A DNA stretch of 64,000 bases from Eledone cirrhosa (GCA_964016885.1 OZ024740.1:274412001-274476000); one strand, 5' to 3'; counted from the stretch's first letter, positions 29,355 through 42,140 are shown. The notes: a model not told the origin generated them from the letters alone. Made by a program: numbers and translations.

Positions 29355-29450
29355 ACTGTATTTCAACATTTCTTATGGGAAAAACTGTTTCGGTTTACGA
29401 ACATTTTGGGTGATAAATGGCCTTCAAGAACAAATTAAATCCATGAATTG
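29355..29450. mobile_element. Tigger/pogo-like subterminal fragment
   Basis: cttatgggaaaaactgtttcggtttacgaacatttt resembles Tigger-type terminal regions (from recall). Confidence 0.35.
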
Positions 29451-29468
29451 TATATATATATATATATA

Positions 29469-30333
29469 CCACAACGGAGGTGGGTGCTCAGAAAGTACAA
29501 TAACTAGGGTAAGAACGGGATGGAAGAAGTTTAGGGAACTACTACCACTGCTAGCTGCAAAAGGCTTCTCCCTCAGAATGAAAGGCAGACTGTATGATGC
29601 GTGTATCCGAACAGCGATGTTGCATGGTAGTGAGACCTGGGCGCTGAAGGTGGAAGACTTACGTAGATTAGAGAGAAACGAAGCCTGCATGCTCCGATGG
29701 ATGTGTAACAGTAATATACGTGAACGACAAAGCATAAAGGAATTGAGAGAGAGACTGAGCATAAGAGGAATCAAATGCTGCGTGCAGGAGAGGCGGTTAC
29801 GCTGGTATGGACATGTGATGCGTATGAAGGATGACAGCTGCATAAAAAGGTGCAGAGCACTAGAAGTTGATGGAAACCGCGGAGTGGGGAGACCCAAGAT
29901 GACTTGGGATGAGGTGATAAAAGCCGACCTTACCCAACTACACCTCTCAAAGTCAATGACATACGACCGTGACTTCTGGCGTCACGCAGTAATACAGGGT
30001 ACCCGACCTCCCATGGGTACATGCTGAAGCATATAAACAATATGCCCCCCCCCCTCCACCGCAAGGTGGCCGTGGAGGTGCCACAGCAAAAAAAGCACCC
30101 AGCCCACACTGTAAAGTGGACGTGTAGGCGCCACGAAAAAGCACCCAGCACTCACTGTAAATGAGGTTGGTGTTAGGAAGGGCATCCAGCTGTAGAAATC
30201 AAGCCAGATCAGTTCCTGTATGAGCAAGGCATGGTCAGCCGACCAGACACTGCCCACAACAGGACAACCCGTCTAACCCATGCTAGCGTGGAAGAACGGA
30301 CGTAAAACGGTGATGATGATGATGATGATGATA
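29469..30333 (+). mobile_element. RTE LINE subfamily A, 5'-truncated
   Basis: Open frame GGGCSES...[14 protein letters not shown]...QGTRPPMGTC, ~300-bp 3' UTR and (GAT)n; inside (TA)n. Confidence 0.95.
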
Positions 30334-30417
30334 TATGTTATATATGTATATATATATATATATATATATGTTATATATGTATATATATATATATATAACT
30401 TATATATATATATGTTA

Positions 30418-33400
30418 TAAAGGAGAGATTCTATGAGATGCTAATACACACTACCTCCCAAATAACCGACAGTGACTACTTAATTATTGTAGGCGATCTA
30501 AACGGTCACGTTGGACAACATAGTGATGGCTATGATGGAATCCATGGAGGCTATAGGGTTGGAAATAGAAATGAGGAGGGATACAGAATCCTGGAATTCT
30601 GTGACACAACTAGCCTAACTATCTGTAACAAAAACTTCAAAAAACGTGAAAACCACTTGATCACCTATAGATCAGGAGAACATGCCAGCCAAATAGATTA
30701 TATCCTTACTAGAAGACGGGACAAAATGTCTGTTGTAAACACTAAATCTCTCCCCCATGAAGAATGCACCTCCCAACATAGCCTAGTAGTTAGTGACCTC
30801 ATAGTCAGGAATAGACGTACTCGACGACAGAGGAGGCCTACCTTGAGGAGAAGAATATGGAAGTTGAAGGACCCCATAGCCAGTGACAAATTTAAAAGCT
30901 TATTACTTGATGCCTTTGACAATAAGGAAGAGCAATTAGAGACGTGCAATATAGAGGAACAGTGGCAATTCTTGAAAGAGAACCTGCAGAAAGCAACAGA
31001 TTAAATCTGTGGCTGGAGCAGACCTATTGGCAGGAGGAGAGTAACTTGGTGGTGGAACAGTAAGATGGAAAAGACAATCAAGGCCAAAAAGCAGGCTTGG
31101 AAACAATGGTAGGATGGGGGAAGTAGGGAACACTATCAAGTGGCCAGGAGAGAAGCTACGAGACAAGTGTACCTTGCAAAAAGGGTAGCAGAGGATAGAA
31201 AGTTCAAGCATGTTCTGCAACGTGAGGACCAGAAACGTGAGGTGTTCAGGATTGCTAGACAATGTGTCAAGGAAAACCGTGATATTGTCGGGGAGAAGTG
31301 TGTTCGTAATGATAATGGTGTACTTACACTCACTGATACTGATAAGAAGATAACCTGGAAGTGTCACTACGAGAGACTATTAAATGAGGAGAATAAATGG
31401 GTAAAAGATAGTCTGCCCCAAATCGATCCAATAGAAGGACCAGCGGTGCAAGTTAAAGTTAGTATAATAAGTAAGGCAATCAAAGATATGAAGACAGGCA
31501 AGGCAGCTGGGCCTTCAGAGATAGTTACTGAGATGTTGAAGGCATCTGGTATGGTGGGACACACTATGGTCACCCGTATAGTTAACCAAGTAATACAGAA
31601 TGGGATCATACCGAAAGACTGGCGTAGCAGCAGCATCATCATTAACTGCTACAAGGGTAAAGGGGATGCTCTAGATAGGGGAAACTATAGAGGCATTAAG
31701 TTAGTTGACCAGGTCATGAAGGTCACAGAAAGAGTTATAGCGCAACTAATCAGAGAGCGAATTGATCTAGATGAAATGCAGTTTGGGTTTGTGTCAGGTA
31801 AAAGTACCACAGACGCTCTTTTCTTGTACGACAACTACAAGAGAAGTACCTAGCTAAAAGTAAACCCCTCTACTTAGCTTTTGTAGACCTGGAGAAAGCT
31901 TTTGACAGAGTCCCCCGCTCCATTATCTGGTGGGCTCTTAGAAAACTAGGTGTAGATGAATGGCTTGTGAGAGCTATACAAGCTATGTATAATGAAACAG
32001 TCAGTAAGGTTAGAATTAACAATGAATATTGTGAAGAATTTAGTGTAAAAGTTGGTGTTCATCAAGTCTCTGTCCTTAGCCCCCTCTTATTTATTATTGC
32101 CCTTCAGGCTATAACAGAGGAGTTCAAGACTGGCTTCCCATGGGAACTCCTATACGCAGATGATCTAACGCTTATAGCTGAATCAATGGCTGAACTAGAG
32201 AAGAAATTCGAAACATGGAAGCATGGCCTAGAATCAAAAGGCCTTAGTGTTAACTTGTCTAAGATTAAAGTTCTAGTTTGTAGAAAGGAAAATAGGGGAC
32301 AGGTGCCCTCAGGGAAATGGCCATGCTCAGTGTGTAGGAAAGAAGTAGGCAGAAATTCAATTTTATGTCCCAAATGCAAAGTATGGGTACATAAAAGATG
32401 TAGTGGGATCACAGGTAAACTATCTATGAACCTAGACTTTATATGTGGCCGATGCCCAGGTGCAATAAGTAGCAAGTGACCACAGGATACTAGCTCCTTC
32501 CATTGCCCAAATGGTTCTATAGAAATAGTAGACACTTTCCGTTACCTGGGTGACGAAATCAGCAGTGGTGGAGTGTGTTCTGAAAGTACAGTAACCAGAG
32601 TCAGAACGGGATGGAAAAAGTTCAGAGAGCTTATAACGCTGTTGGCAACAAAAGGTTTCTCTCTAAAAATGAAAGGCAGATTGTATGATGCCTGTATACG
32701 AGCAGCAATGCTACATGGCAGTGAGACATGGGCATTACGTGCAGAGGACCTGCGTAGACTGGAAAGAAACGAAGCATGCATGCTCCGTTGGATGTGTAAT
32801 AGTAATATACGTGAACGGCAAAGCATAAATGAACTAAGTGAGAAATTATGAATAAGAGGGATCAGATGCTATTTACTTGAGAGAAGACTATGTTGGTATG
32901 GTCACGTGATGCGCATGAAAGATGACAGCTGCATAAAAAAGTGCAGGGCGATCAAAATTGATGGTAATTACGGAGTAGGTAGACCCAGAAAAACCTGGGA
33001 TGATCTGATAAATTCCGACCACACACACTTACATCTCTCTAAGACAATGTCTCTGGACCGAGATCTTTGGTGCTACGCAGTAATACAGAAGACCCGCCTT
33101 GCCTATGTACAAAGCAAAACCTACAGTCAGTAGGCACCTCTTAACCAAACATACACCCCAATCTACTACCTCTAGCCTATCCTCCCACTCCTACCAACAG
33201 CACGAGAAAATGAGATCAAGTTCGTATAGGTGTCACGACAAAAAAAAAACACACACAGTCCACGCTGTAATGTGGCCATGTAGGTAACACGGTAAAAAGT
33301 TCCCAGTTCCACACTGTAAATGTGGTTGGTGTTAGGAAGGGCATCCAGCCGTAGAAAATCTGCCAGATAGTCCTATATGAGCGAGACACGGTCACCCGAC

Positions 33401-33488
33401 CAGCCTTGCTTCAAGTGGGACAACTCCCGTCTAACCCATGCTAGCATGGAAAATGGACATTAAACAAAGATGATGATGAGATGATGAT
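30418..33488 (+). mobile_element. RTE LINE subfamily C (partial APE-RT-PHD), disrupted
   Basis: GDLNGHVG, QIDYIL, SQHSL, GNYRGIKL, QFGF, LLYADD, PHD, 3' UTR and (GAT)n; several stops and frameshifts. Confidence 0.96.
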
Positions 33489-33857
33489 ATATATGTATAT
33501 ATATATATATATATGTATATATATTTGTTATAATATGTGTTAGTTAAATAACCAACATCATAGGTCACTGGTGCTTTGAGAAAGTAACACTATTAATCAG
33601 CCCATGACATATCAATAAATTGAAACAGCATGAGTATTTTTTTTCTTCATGTTATTTTTATTCATGTAACAGTTCAACTGTTCAGCTGTTTGATGGGATC
33701 ATAACTGTTGCATAACTGTTATTGAAATATGTATAACAGAAATTCTGTAATGAATAAATGAAGTAAATTCTATCATGTTGATTTATACTTTATTATTATA
33801 CATATATAATTTTTGTCTCTTTAACACCCACTTTCCCTGGTAGCATATATATATATA

Positions 33858-33948
33858 TCTTGCCTCAAGTGGGACTACCCCCGTCCAAACCCATGCAAGC
33901 GTGGAACACGGACGTTAAACGTTGATGATGATGATGATGATGATGATA
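33858..33948 (+). mobile_element. RTE extreme 3' fragment
   Basis: cttgcctcaagtggga...cccatgcaagcgtggaacacggacgttaaac(GAT)n between TA runs. Confidence 0.8.
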
Positions 33949-34002
33949 TATATATAGTAATAATAATTACGAAGACTAAAATCCAAAGAGGGCTCAAGAA
34001 GG

Positions 34003-34035
<33 letters not shown>

Positions 34036-34038
<3 letters not shown>

Positions 34039-34249
34039 GAAGGAAATGTGGTAAGGAACCAGGTGGACCATAACGCACCAAAGTACTCAATACTTAGGGT
34101 AGTAGAGTGGGTAATAGGAACAAGTAAGACCCCGACGGCCCGACGGCTGAGCCCAAGCCGTTTTGACGGCAAATTCTGTACTCAATTCCGTACAGAATTA
34201 GCCGTCGAAACGGGTTGAGCTCAGCCGTCGGGGTCTTACTTGTTCCTAT
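34036..34249 (-). mobile_element. Hairpin-plus-tail element (family 2)
   Basis: Tail 34036-34113; arms ~34114-34181 and 34190-34249; (TA)n on both sides. Confidence 0.85.
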
Positions 34250-34640
34250 ATATATATATATATATTGGTAAATGGAAAAGAAAATGCTGACAAATTATTC
34301 ACAGTGAAAAATACTTTAATTAGGAATAAGTGAGAATTAGTAATAGTATTGGTTAGTATTCAGTTTTGGTTTTAAGTTTTACCGGTTGCTCATTTCTAAT
34401 GCTTTTCAAAAATAATTTTGAAATAGAGCGTCCGTGATGTTTGCTCTAATCTGATTAGTTTTGGAAATTCTACCTGTTTTTATGTTAAAAAAGTGGCTCC
34501 AGCGTTATTAAAATAAGTTTTGCGCCAATTCGTGTTGCAAAAATTCTTGTGGTCAAAACAATTTTGATTGGTCGGTAGAGGTCAAGTGAATGTTAAAAAT
34601 TGATTTTGCGCCAAATGTAGGTTTGTGACGGCTGATTGAG

Positions 34641-34701
<61 letters not shown>

Positions 34702-35692
34702 CAATGTAGCAAGCGATGACCCAGATCTTACCAGAGATCATTGGGTCCTGAAGCAATCCTGCAATCACCGCGCCTGGTCATATGAGCAGACTACAACCAC
34801 AGAGATCATTAATTTAGAATCCTCGCTCATCTTCTATAATTTCCAGTTGTAGCACCTTAAGATGGGTTAATCCACCTTAATAATAATATGATCACCTTCA
34901 GCATAATTTAGTTAAACTACTCTATAGTTAGTACACTTTATGCTTTAAAAGTCTCTCTTGGAAGGTGCACCTCACCATAGAATTTAGGGTCCATATTGGG
35001 ACACATTTTAATGGCTAGATATAGAAACCCCAGAGTTACCTCCCCGCATGCATTAACTCCCCTTAGCCACACACACACTTCCGGTATTCAATGGCGTCTC
35101 TCGAAACGTAACAACCTCCTGTATCGAACTAAAGAACACCAGACTACGATCTCTAACTGGATTGTCGTGGATTATGTGAAAGGCATATAATCGAAATATA
35201 CACTCCCTTGACCATGAAAATGCCGAAGTACATGAATTACTTGACATCCCTGCGTTGTGCATCTCCAATACTTATAACACTTTTAATGCTTGCACTATCT
35301 TTAATGCTTATAATATTTCTCCACACACAGACTACATCAATCATATAAAGACTTTGCCACCAGATCTACCAACCTAACACTCTTATTTACCTACCTAAGT
35401 GCCTCTACCACACATATCTCTCTGCCACACTATATAAACAAGACGCACATGCGTGCCACATATATAACGTTTGCACTATATAACCACTTATCTTCATGTT
35501 GTACTTTAACCTATATCTTTGATTTTTGATTGTACCTATTAATATAAATGTAATCTCGAAGTGTGTACTGCCACTCTAAATTTTGTAATGAATGTTGACC
35601 CACAATGTTTGAATATGTATCAATGTTTGAATATGTATTGGTATGTCTCTCGGCTGAAAAGGAGGTCATATAACTGTCCATGCATTAATAAA

Positions 35693-35740
35693 TTGCTCCG
35701 AAGAATCCAAACCTCGGTTTGGAGGAAACAGCTGTAAGCA
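35693..35740 (+). ncRNA. Type I hammerhead ribozyme, U4C core variant
   Basis: tgct CCGAAGA a tccaaac-ctcg-gtttgga g GAAAC agct GTA agca: stems I and II and a palindromic minimal stem III all pair. Confidence 0.7.
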
Positions 35741-35941
35741 CAATAATGTTTTGAACAGTTCTTTGATTCTTATATTTCATATAACTGCTCTGTAAATCAT
35801 CTGATGTTTTTACATTGAGCTACTTAACTTACTGGTAATAAGGTAGTAATACATTACTGCCTACCACTATTTAGGGTGTGTGTAAAATACTTACAACTGC
35901 TTAAGGTTTTGTGTTTACATAACCATAAATAGTATAACTAA

Positions 35942-35989
<48 letters not shown>

Positions 35990-35991
<2 letters not shown>

Positions 35992-36830
35992 CGTTTCTGA
36001 ATGTGTTTAGCAAGATTCTTTATCTGAAATCGTGTGTTGAAACCGATATTGTTATACTTTGGGAGGGTCATGTTGCCAATAAGAAACACACGCACCAGTT
36101 GTTTCACTTCAATTTATTATATATTCATAAATTTATAAATTTATAAATCTCTAAATTTCTGGTTGGTTGGTTGGTTCCACAACCAGATAGTTGTTTATAT
36201 ATAGTCATAGTTCTTTCGTCACACACTCTGTGACCTCTTCAGTGACTGGGGATTCCTTTCTTTGTTTCTCTGCCTCTACTTTGTTCTTTCCTACGCCATT
36301 TTGTTTCCGTGTGTATGTTGTGTGCTCAGTCTGCGCATGCGCCACATCCGGGTGTCTGTATGTGTTTATGTTCATTTATTTATTTGTTTATTTACATGTT
36401 ACTGGTTGGTTGTTTGTTCTATGTGTGTGTGTGTTTTCATTTTGTCCTTAATTATAAGTTGTGATGTTGCTGTTCCACTCATATTTTCTATTTAATTTTG
36501 GTTGTAATTCTTTTATGTTTATTGCCTCTGTAATTTGTCTAAACATTGCGTCTTTTCTGTGTGTAGATTCTATTTTTATTTCTATGTTCTCTAATTTACC
36601 CTTGTGTTCTATCTTAGCATGTTGGTAGAGTACAGATGATTCTTTATTATCTTGAAGGTCTCGCCAGTGTTCATTTATCCGTTCCCCTACACTATGAGCT
36701 GTCTCACCTATGTACACTATATTTTTGTTTCTACATTGTCCTTCAGTACATCTTATGCTATACACTACATTTCTAGTTTTACAGTTAATATGGGGGCTTT
36801 TTTCCACCAATTACAAGATAAAATAAATAA
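35990..36830 (-). mobile_element. Penelope-like element 3' part encoding a GIY-YIG endonuclease (ORF 36448-36810)
   Basis: NCKTRNVVYSIRC...C...VYIGET...RINEH...H...EAINI...PKLN: PLE GIY-YIG motifs with Cys/His residues; the 3' region runs into (TA)n. Confidence 0.9.
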
Positions 36831-37778
36831 ATAGAATAGTTTTTGTGTTTTGGTAGTTTTGCAAGTAATGAGAAATATTTGAGGTTGTTTGTTTCTGAGA
36901 AATATTTTGCTACTGCATTTAACAGGTCAATTAATTTTATAGACAGTATCTCTCTGTATTGCTTGCTAGCTTAAATTACTGTTGTTTCAATGGAGGTCGT
37001 GCTTTTGTCGACTAATGAGGAAATATGATCACAACTGCTGAGCAATGAATGATCAAGTATAGGTTACAGCAATAACAAACCAACAACACCAACACCTCCA
37101 CCAATAAGAATCCTCAACTATCATTATTACTACCACTGTTGTTACTACCACCACCAACAACACTGTTATTTCCACCACTAATATAGCATCCTCATCTGTA
37201 ATATTATTATGTCTATCTTGGTTCAGTGATAACGCATATCTAAACCTGATATCTCATAGCAGTTAATTTAAACTTAAGACTGCACCATTGAGATTTCAAT
37301 GGTATCTGGGATTTGACTAACGTTCAAAAAATGTTTCAATTAATTAATTTGTTTGTTTATTCAACTCTTTAATTAAGTAACGATTGCCGATGTAGCTCAA
37401 CCCTAGGTCAATGCTGATCAAGTAAACCTATGATCAAAAATATTCCAATTGTGATAAACCTAGGTTTTTAGAGGCAGATAGGGCCACACTATAAAATGTA
37501 TGGCAGAATATCATTTGAAGGAAATGTGGGTGCTACTTCTAATAGTTCAAGTAACTTCAGTGAGTATAATACAATCACTTGGTATATTGATGCCTTCAGC
37601 AGAATCGATTCTGTTGCAAGTCTTTGAACCAAGTCTCTCACCTGAAATGAAATCAATTTTACCTGTTATGAAGGCTTTGAAAGAGTCATGGGTGTAGCTC
37701 TTTATCCTTTAACTAAATTATTAAAATAAGAAACACTACCACTATGGCCAACATTATGTCAATCATTTCAATTACTGC

Positions 37779-38121
37779 ATCATCATCATCATCATCATCA
37801 TTTTACGTCTGCTTTTCCCTGCTTGCAAGGGTGGGATGGGAACTGGTTCTGGCTTGATTTCTACAGCTGGATGCCCTTCCTAACACCAACCTCATTTACA
37901 GTGAGTGCTGGGTGCTTTTTTTGCCATGGCACCTCCACGACCACTTTGCAGTGGAATGATAGGGACCCCAGTCCATATCATCTCATTTCTACAGCTGAGT
38001 AAACTGGAGCAATGTGAAATAAAGTGTCTTGCTCAAGGAAACAACACATCACCCGGTCTGAGAATTGAACTCACAGCCTTTCGATTGCAAAGCCAATGCT
38101 CTAACCACTAAGCCATATGCC
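37779..38121 (-). mobile_element. tRNA-CORE SINE with RTE tail
   Basis: Reverse complement of the 9089 family. Confidence 0.9.
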
Positions 38122-38439
38122 TGCATATACTCGAATATATTTTATGTCTGAGAAATGGGCAAAAATCTACACTCCATTTAAAAGCTGAGACAGCTAATCA
38201 ACACAGTTTAGATGGTGTATATAAGGCCCCACCCCACCATTTTACCATCAAATTTTGGGTCATATTCCTCAGTTTATATTTGAGTATATATCTTAGTTAA
38301 TTATTTTAATGGCTTGATCGGAGGAGGCTGATACTTTTCAGAGCCCATCTCACTGGCAGGAAAAGGGAAGATGTTATCTGTGGACTGGAAAACTAGCCTA
38401 AATATATTCTGCTGACAGAACTCATATAAGGCAAGTCTA

Positions 38440-39152
38440 GCAAGTTGGCCACACCATACCTTGCCCAAACTAAACTGTATTTTGGCTGGTTTTGTACAAC
38501 TGGATGCCCTTCCTAACACCAACTACTTTTACGGTGTGAAACTGGGTGATGCCATTATGAGAGGAGTTAGCTCACAGTTGGCCGTGCTATACCCTGCTCA
38601 TAGTGGATCCATATTTGGGAGATGAGTGAACTTGTTATGAAGAAGGTCTTGCCAGTTGGCTGCATCCAGCCTTATTCATAGTAGAAATTGTGTTTTGGCT
38701 GGGTTTTTACAGCTGCTGGATGCCCTTCCTAACAGCAATGACATTTACAGTGTGGGACTGGGTGGTCCCACATATGAGGCAAGTCTGGCCAGACTGTATT
38801 CCAGCTGGGTTTTTATGGCTTCTGGATGACTATCCTAACACCAACTATATTTACAGTTTGGGTCTGGATGGTCCCAATATGAGGAGGGTCTGGCCAGTTG
38901 GCTACACTGTACCTTGCTCAAAATGGGACTGTATTGTTGATGTTTTTTTTTCATTTTTACAGCTGGATGCCCTTCCAAACACCAACAATGTTTACAGTGT
39001 GGAACTACATAGACTCATTATGAGGAGGGTCTGGTCAGTTGGTCACATCCTACCTTGTTCAAAACAGAACTGTATTTTTGATGTTTTTTACAGTAGGATG
39101 TTCTTACCCAACACCAACCTTATTTACAGTGTGGAACTGGGTGGTTCCAATA
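38440..39152 (-). repeat. Degenerate tandem array of an RTE 3' UTR segment
   Basis: ctggatgcccttcctaacaccaac...tttacagtgtgg recurs at ~38500, 38716, 38822, 38962 and 39095. Confidence 0.8.
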
Positions 39153-39379
39153 TACACTATATATTATTGGAAAGTTAATTGCTACATAGGTATATATATT
39201 TCCCTTACCACAATAGAAGATTCTGAAGTATGTATGTTGTAATTTGCAACTTTTAAATATGTGTTTTTCTGTTTTGTATATTACTTTCTCTGCTAACCAC
39301 TAGTTGCATTTGAATATGGTACAGTCACATTATGTTTTCCTGTTTTGTATGGCATAAAGAGAAATATATTTATTTATAT

Positions 39380-39568
39380 TTAATAATTGTTTCTACTTTA
39401 GGCACAAGGCCAGCAATTACCAAGTTCATTACTGGTACTTTATTTTATCGACCCCGTAAGGATGAAAGGCAAAGTCAACCTCGGCGGGATTTGAACTCAG
39501 ATCTTAAAGGGACGTAACTATGCTGGAAAGCATGGCATCCGACCCTCTACTGATACTGCCAATCCACA
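39380..39568 (-). mobile_element. Nin/Deu-domain SINE
   Basis: ctggtactttattttatcgaccccgtaaggatgaaaggcaaagtcaacctcggcgggatttgaactcag. Confidence 0.85.
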
Positions 39569-39654
39569 ATAATGAATTAATACTATGAGATTATTAATTT
39601 GTGGAAAATGAGTATAAACAATTTTATTGTTGTATTAGTTTACTATTATTTAAT

Positions 39655-39845
39655 TGGTAGATTGGCAGTATCGGTAGAGGGTCAGTCACCATTCTTTGCA
39701 GTAAAGAGTTACGACCCTTTATGGTCTGAGTTCAAATCCAGCCAAGGTTAACTTTGCCTTTCATCCTTACGGGGTCGATAAAATAAAGTACCAGTAATAC
39801 ACTGGAATAATTGTTGGCCTTGTGCCAAAAGTAGAAACAATTATT
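39655..39845 (+). mobile_element. Nin/Deu-domain SINE
   Basis: tggcagtatcggtaga...gagttcaaatcc...ctttgcctttcatccttacggggtcgataaaataaagtacca...gtagaaacaatt. Confidence 0.85.
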
Positions 39846-39879
39846 TAATTGAACAATGGTTATAGACCCCGTTTGGTTA

Positions 39880-40155
39880 TGAATGACACATAGAAAGTTC
39901 CCCTCTGAAGCACAAGTCTAGGCAATGTTGTTTATGGATGACCAGCAGACAGTAATGCATACTCCATGTCACCAATGTTGTCCAAGAGAAAGGCAATGGC
40001 CAAAACAGCTTGGCACCAGTTTTGTCACAACTCATTTCTACACTTGAGCTAATCTGGAGCAATGTGAAATAAAGTGACTTGCTCAAGGACAAAACTCATC
40101 ACCCAGTCTGGGATCGAACTCACAACCCTACAATTTCAAGCCCAATGCTCTATCT
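39880..40155 (-). mobile_element. Older tRNA-CORE SINE with a different 3' tail
   Basis: Head and CORE homologous to the 9089 family (40030-40150); tail unrelated to the RTE tail. Confidence 0.7.
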
Positions 40156-40187
40156 ACTAATAATGTGGCTTCATACATATATGTATA

Positions 40188-40277
40188 GCAGTTTTCATTC
40201 AATCTCTGAAGTTAAGTAATGCCAAGCTTAATTAGTACTTAGATCAGTGACTACTTGGGAAACCTAGGCACTGTAAT
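40188..40277 (+). pseudogene. Degenerate 5S rRNA-derived sequence
   Basis: atctctgaagttaagtaatgccaagcttaattagtacttagatcagtgactacttgggaaacctaggcactgta is colinear with the 3' two-thirds of metazoan 5S (ATCTCGGAAGCTAAGCAGGGTCGGGCCTGGTTAGTACTTGGATGGGAGACCGCCTGGGAATACCGGGTGCTGTA). Confidence 0.75.
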
Positions 40278-42140
40278 CAACTATTTATGGTGAATTGGCT
40301 GATTCATCAAAGTGTATGACAAAATACTTATCAGTATTTCTTTTGGCTATTTGTTTCAATTTTGACTTCTATCCTTTCATGTTTGAAACAATAGAATACT
40401 AATCTAAGGCAATTGATTGGCAATGTTAGAACACTGGACAAGATGTCTTACAGTATTTGTGCAAGCTCTTTGTATTTTGGTCCTTGGGTAGTAGACTTAA
40501 TCCATCACCCAAATATAACACTGCCATGTGGTCTCTGGGTACCTTTAGTGATGCTCATTTCTTTTTTGATTTGTTGGTTTGTTTTGCAAGCATTTTGGGC
40601 CAGGTCACCAATTTGAGGATAAATTCTTCCTACTAGTTCCAGAGGCGCTGAAATATTTAGGGGTCATTGGTGTTGCTCTTTCCTCTCTGACTAATTGGTA
40701 AAAAAAATGTAAGCAGAAAATGAAATATTACAAGATATTTAGTCTGGGAAATCATTGATTTCTAAATGTCTATATAATATCAAAAATATATGTATTTTTG
40801 TATGGCTGCTATAAATACATATATGAGAATATATTTCATTTTCTGTACTACAAAAGCAATATGTACATCACATTCTCTATCCTTTACTGAATGCAAAGAA
40901 ACTAAGTAGAATGTAGGCTAAGTAAAAGAGAGAGGGAACAAGAGAAAAAAAAAAAACAAAAATAAAATGTAAACAAAACTAAAGTCTGTAGCTATGGATT
41001 TCCTCAGTCTGATGAAGTTAGTGCAGAGAGTAAAAACTAGATAAGATGATTTATGGTATTGATGTTTGTTGCTTAAAATCCTTTCTTACTTTAACTTCTC
41101 TTTTATTCTCTCAGCTGTGTTGGGGCAGACAAGAGTGGAGGAGAAGGGTGGGGCAAATAGATTAAGTGCAAGAAATATACAGTGTTACATTAAAATATGA
41201 ATATATCAAAATCTGAACAGCATAGAATAAATAGAAGGCTCCAGTAGTAAATTTAGATGAGGGTATCAAACCATCAAAAGTAGTAGTTATTATTGTAGAA
41301 GAACAAAAAGGTAATAGATTGTTAGAATCATTAAAGCATAAAACAAAATACTTTGTTATATTTAGTTATTACCCCTTATCGTCTGAGTTAAAATTCTGCT
41401 GAGGTCAAATTTTGCCTTTCATCCTTCTGGGGTTGATAAATAAAGTACCAATAAAAATAAAATATTGGCTTGCTTCCTTTCTCTAAAAGTTGTGGCTATG
41501 TACTTATGTTATTATATAAGGATATAGTTAAAACAGAATAATGGAGATAAATGCAGTAGTGCAGAAGAGAGAGAGAGAATAAAGTCAAAATATATTCTAG
41601 ATTAGAAAGTTGGTGTTGTTAATGATGATGATGATGATGATGGGGAGGAGGAGGAGGAGGAGGAGGAGGAGGAAACTAGAAGTGGTAGTGATGGCCAATT
41701 TGATAGTTGACCACGTCAATATGCCTGTAGCCATCACCTATGAAAGAGATGTGGGGAAATGTTGTATTGAATCTGTGATCCAAAGAAATATTTGTATAGT
41801 GGAGATTACTGGAAACTTTGTACATTCTGATAAAATTTCTCTCAGAGAATTGCGAGAATTGTTAGAACAAATGACTGTGTCTTGCGTTATGTGTGAGTTC
41901 AAATTCTGCCATGGTTAACTTTACTGCTTATTGTTTCAGGAGTGACAAAATAATGTATAATTCCTGAACATTAAATTGACAGAATATCTAGACCATCAGA
42001 TGACAGGCTCTTTGTGATATTTATTCTGATTCTTATATATTTGCTCAAAACATATCTAATTTTTAAAAGGTTTTCACCAATAGATAGAGACTCTAACTGT
42101 TGTGTGTGAGTGTGTGTGTGACAGCATTATTAATCCTTTC

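Noticed and set aside
34996-35190. LLYRTKEH resembling the GIY-YIG R..EH motif upstream of the 35693 hammerhead
   Set aside because: Other motifs are not recoverable by eye; too decayed to call.
41095-41160. Strong polypyrimidine tract plus CAG acceptor
   Set aside because: No convincing downstream frame or donor.
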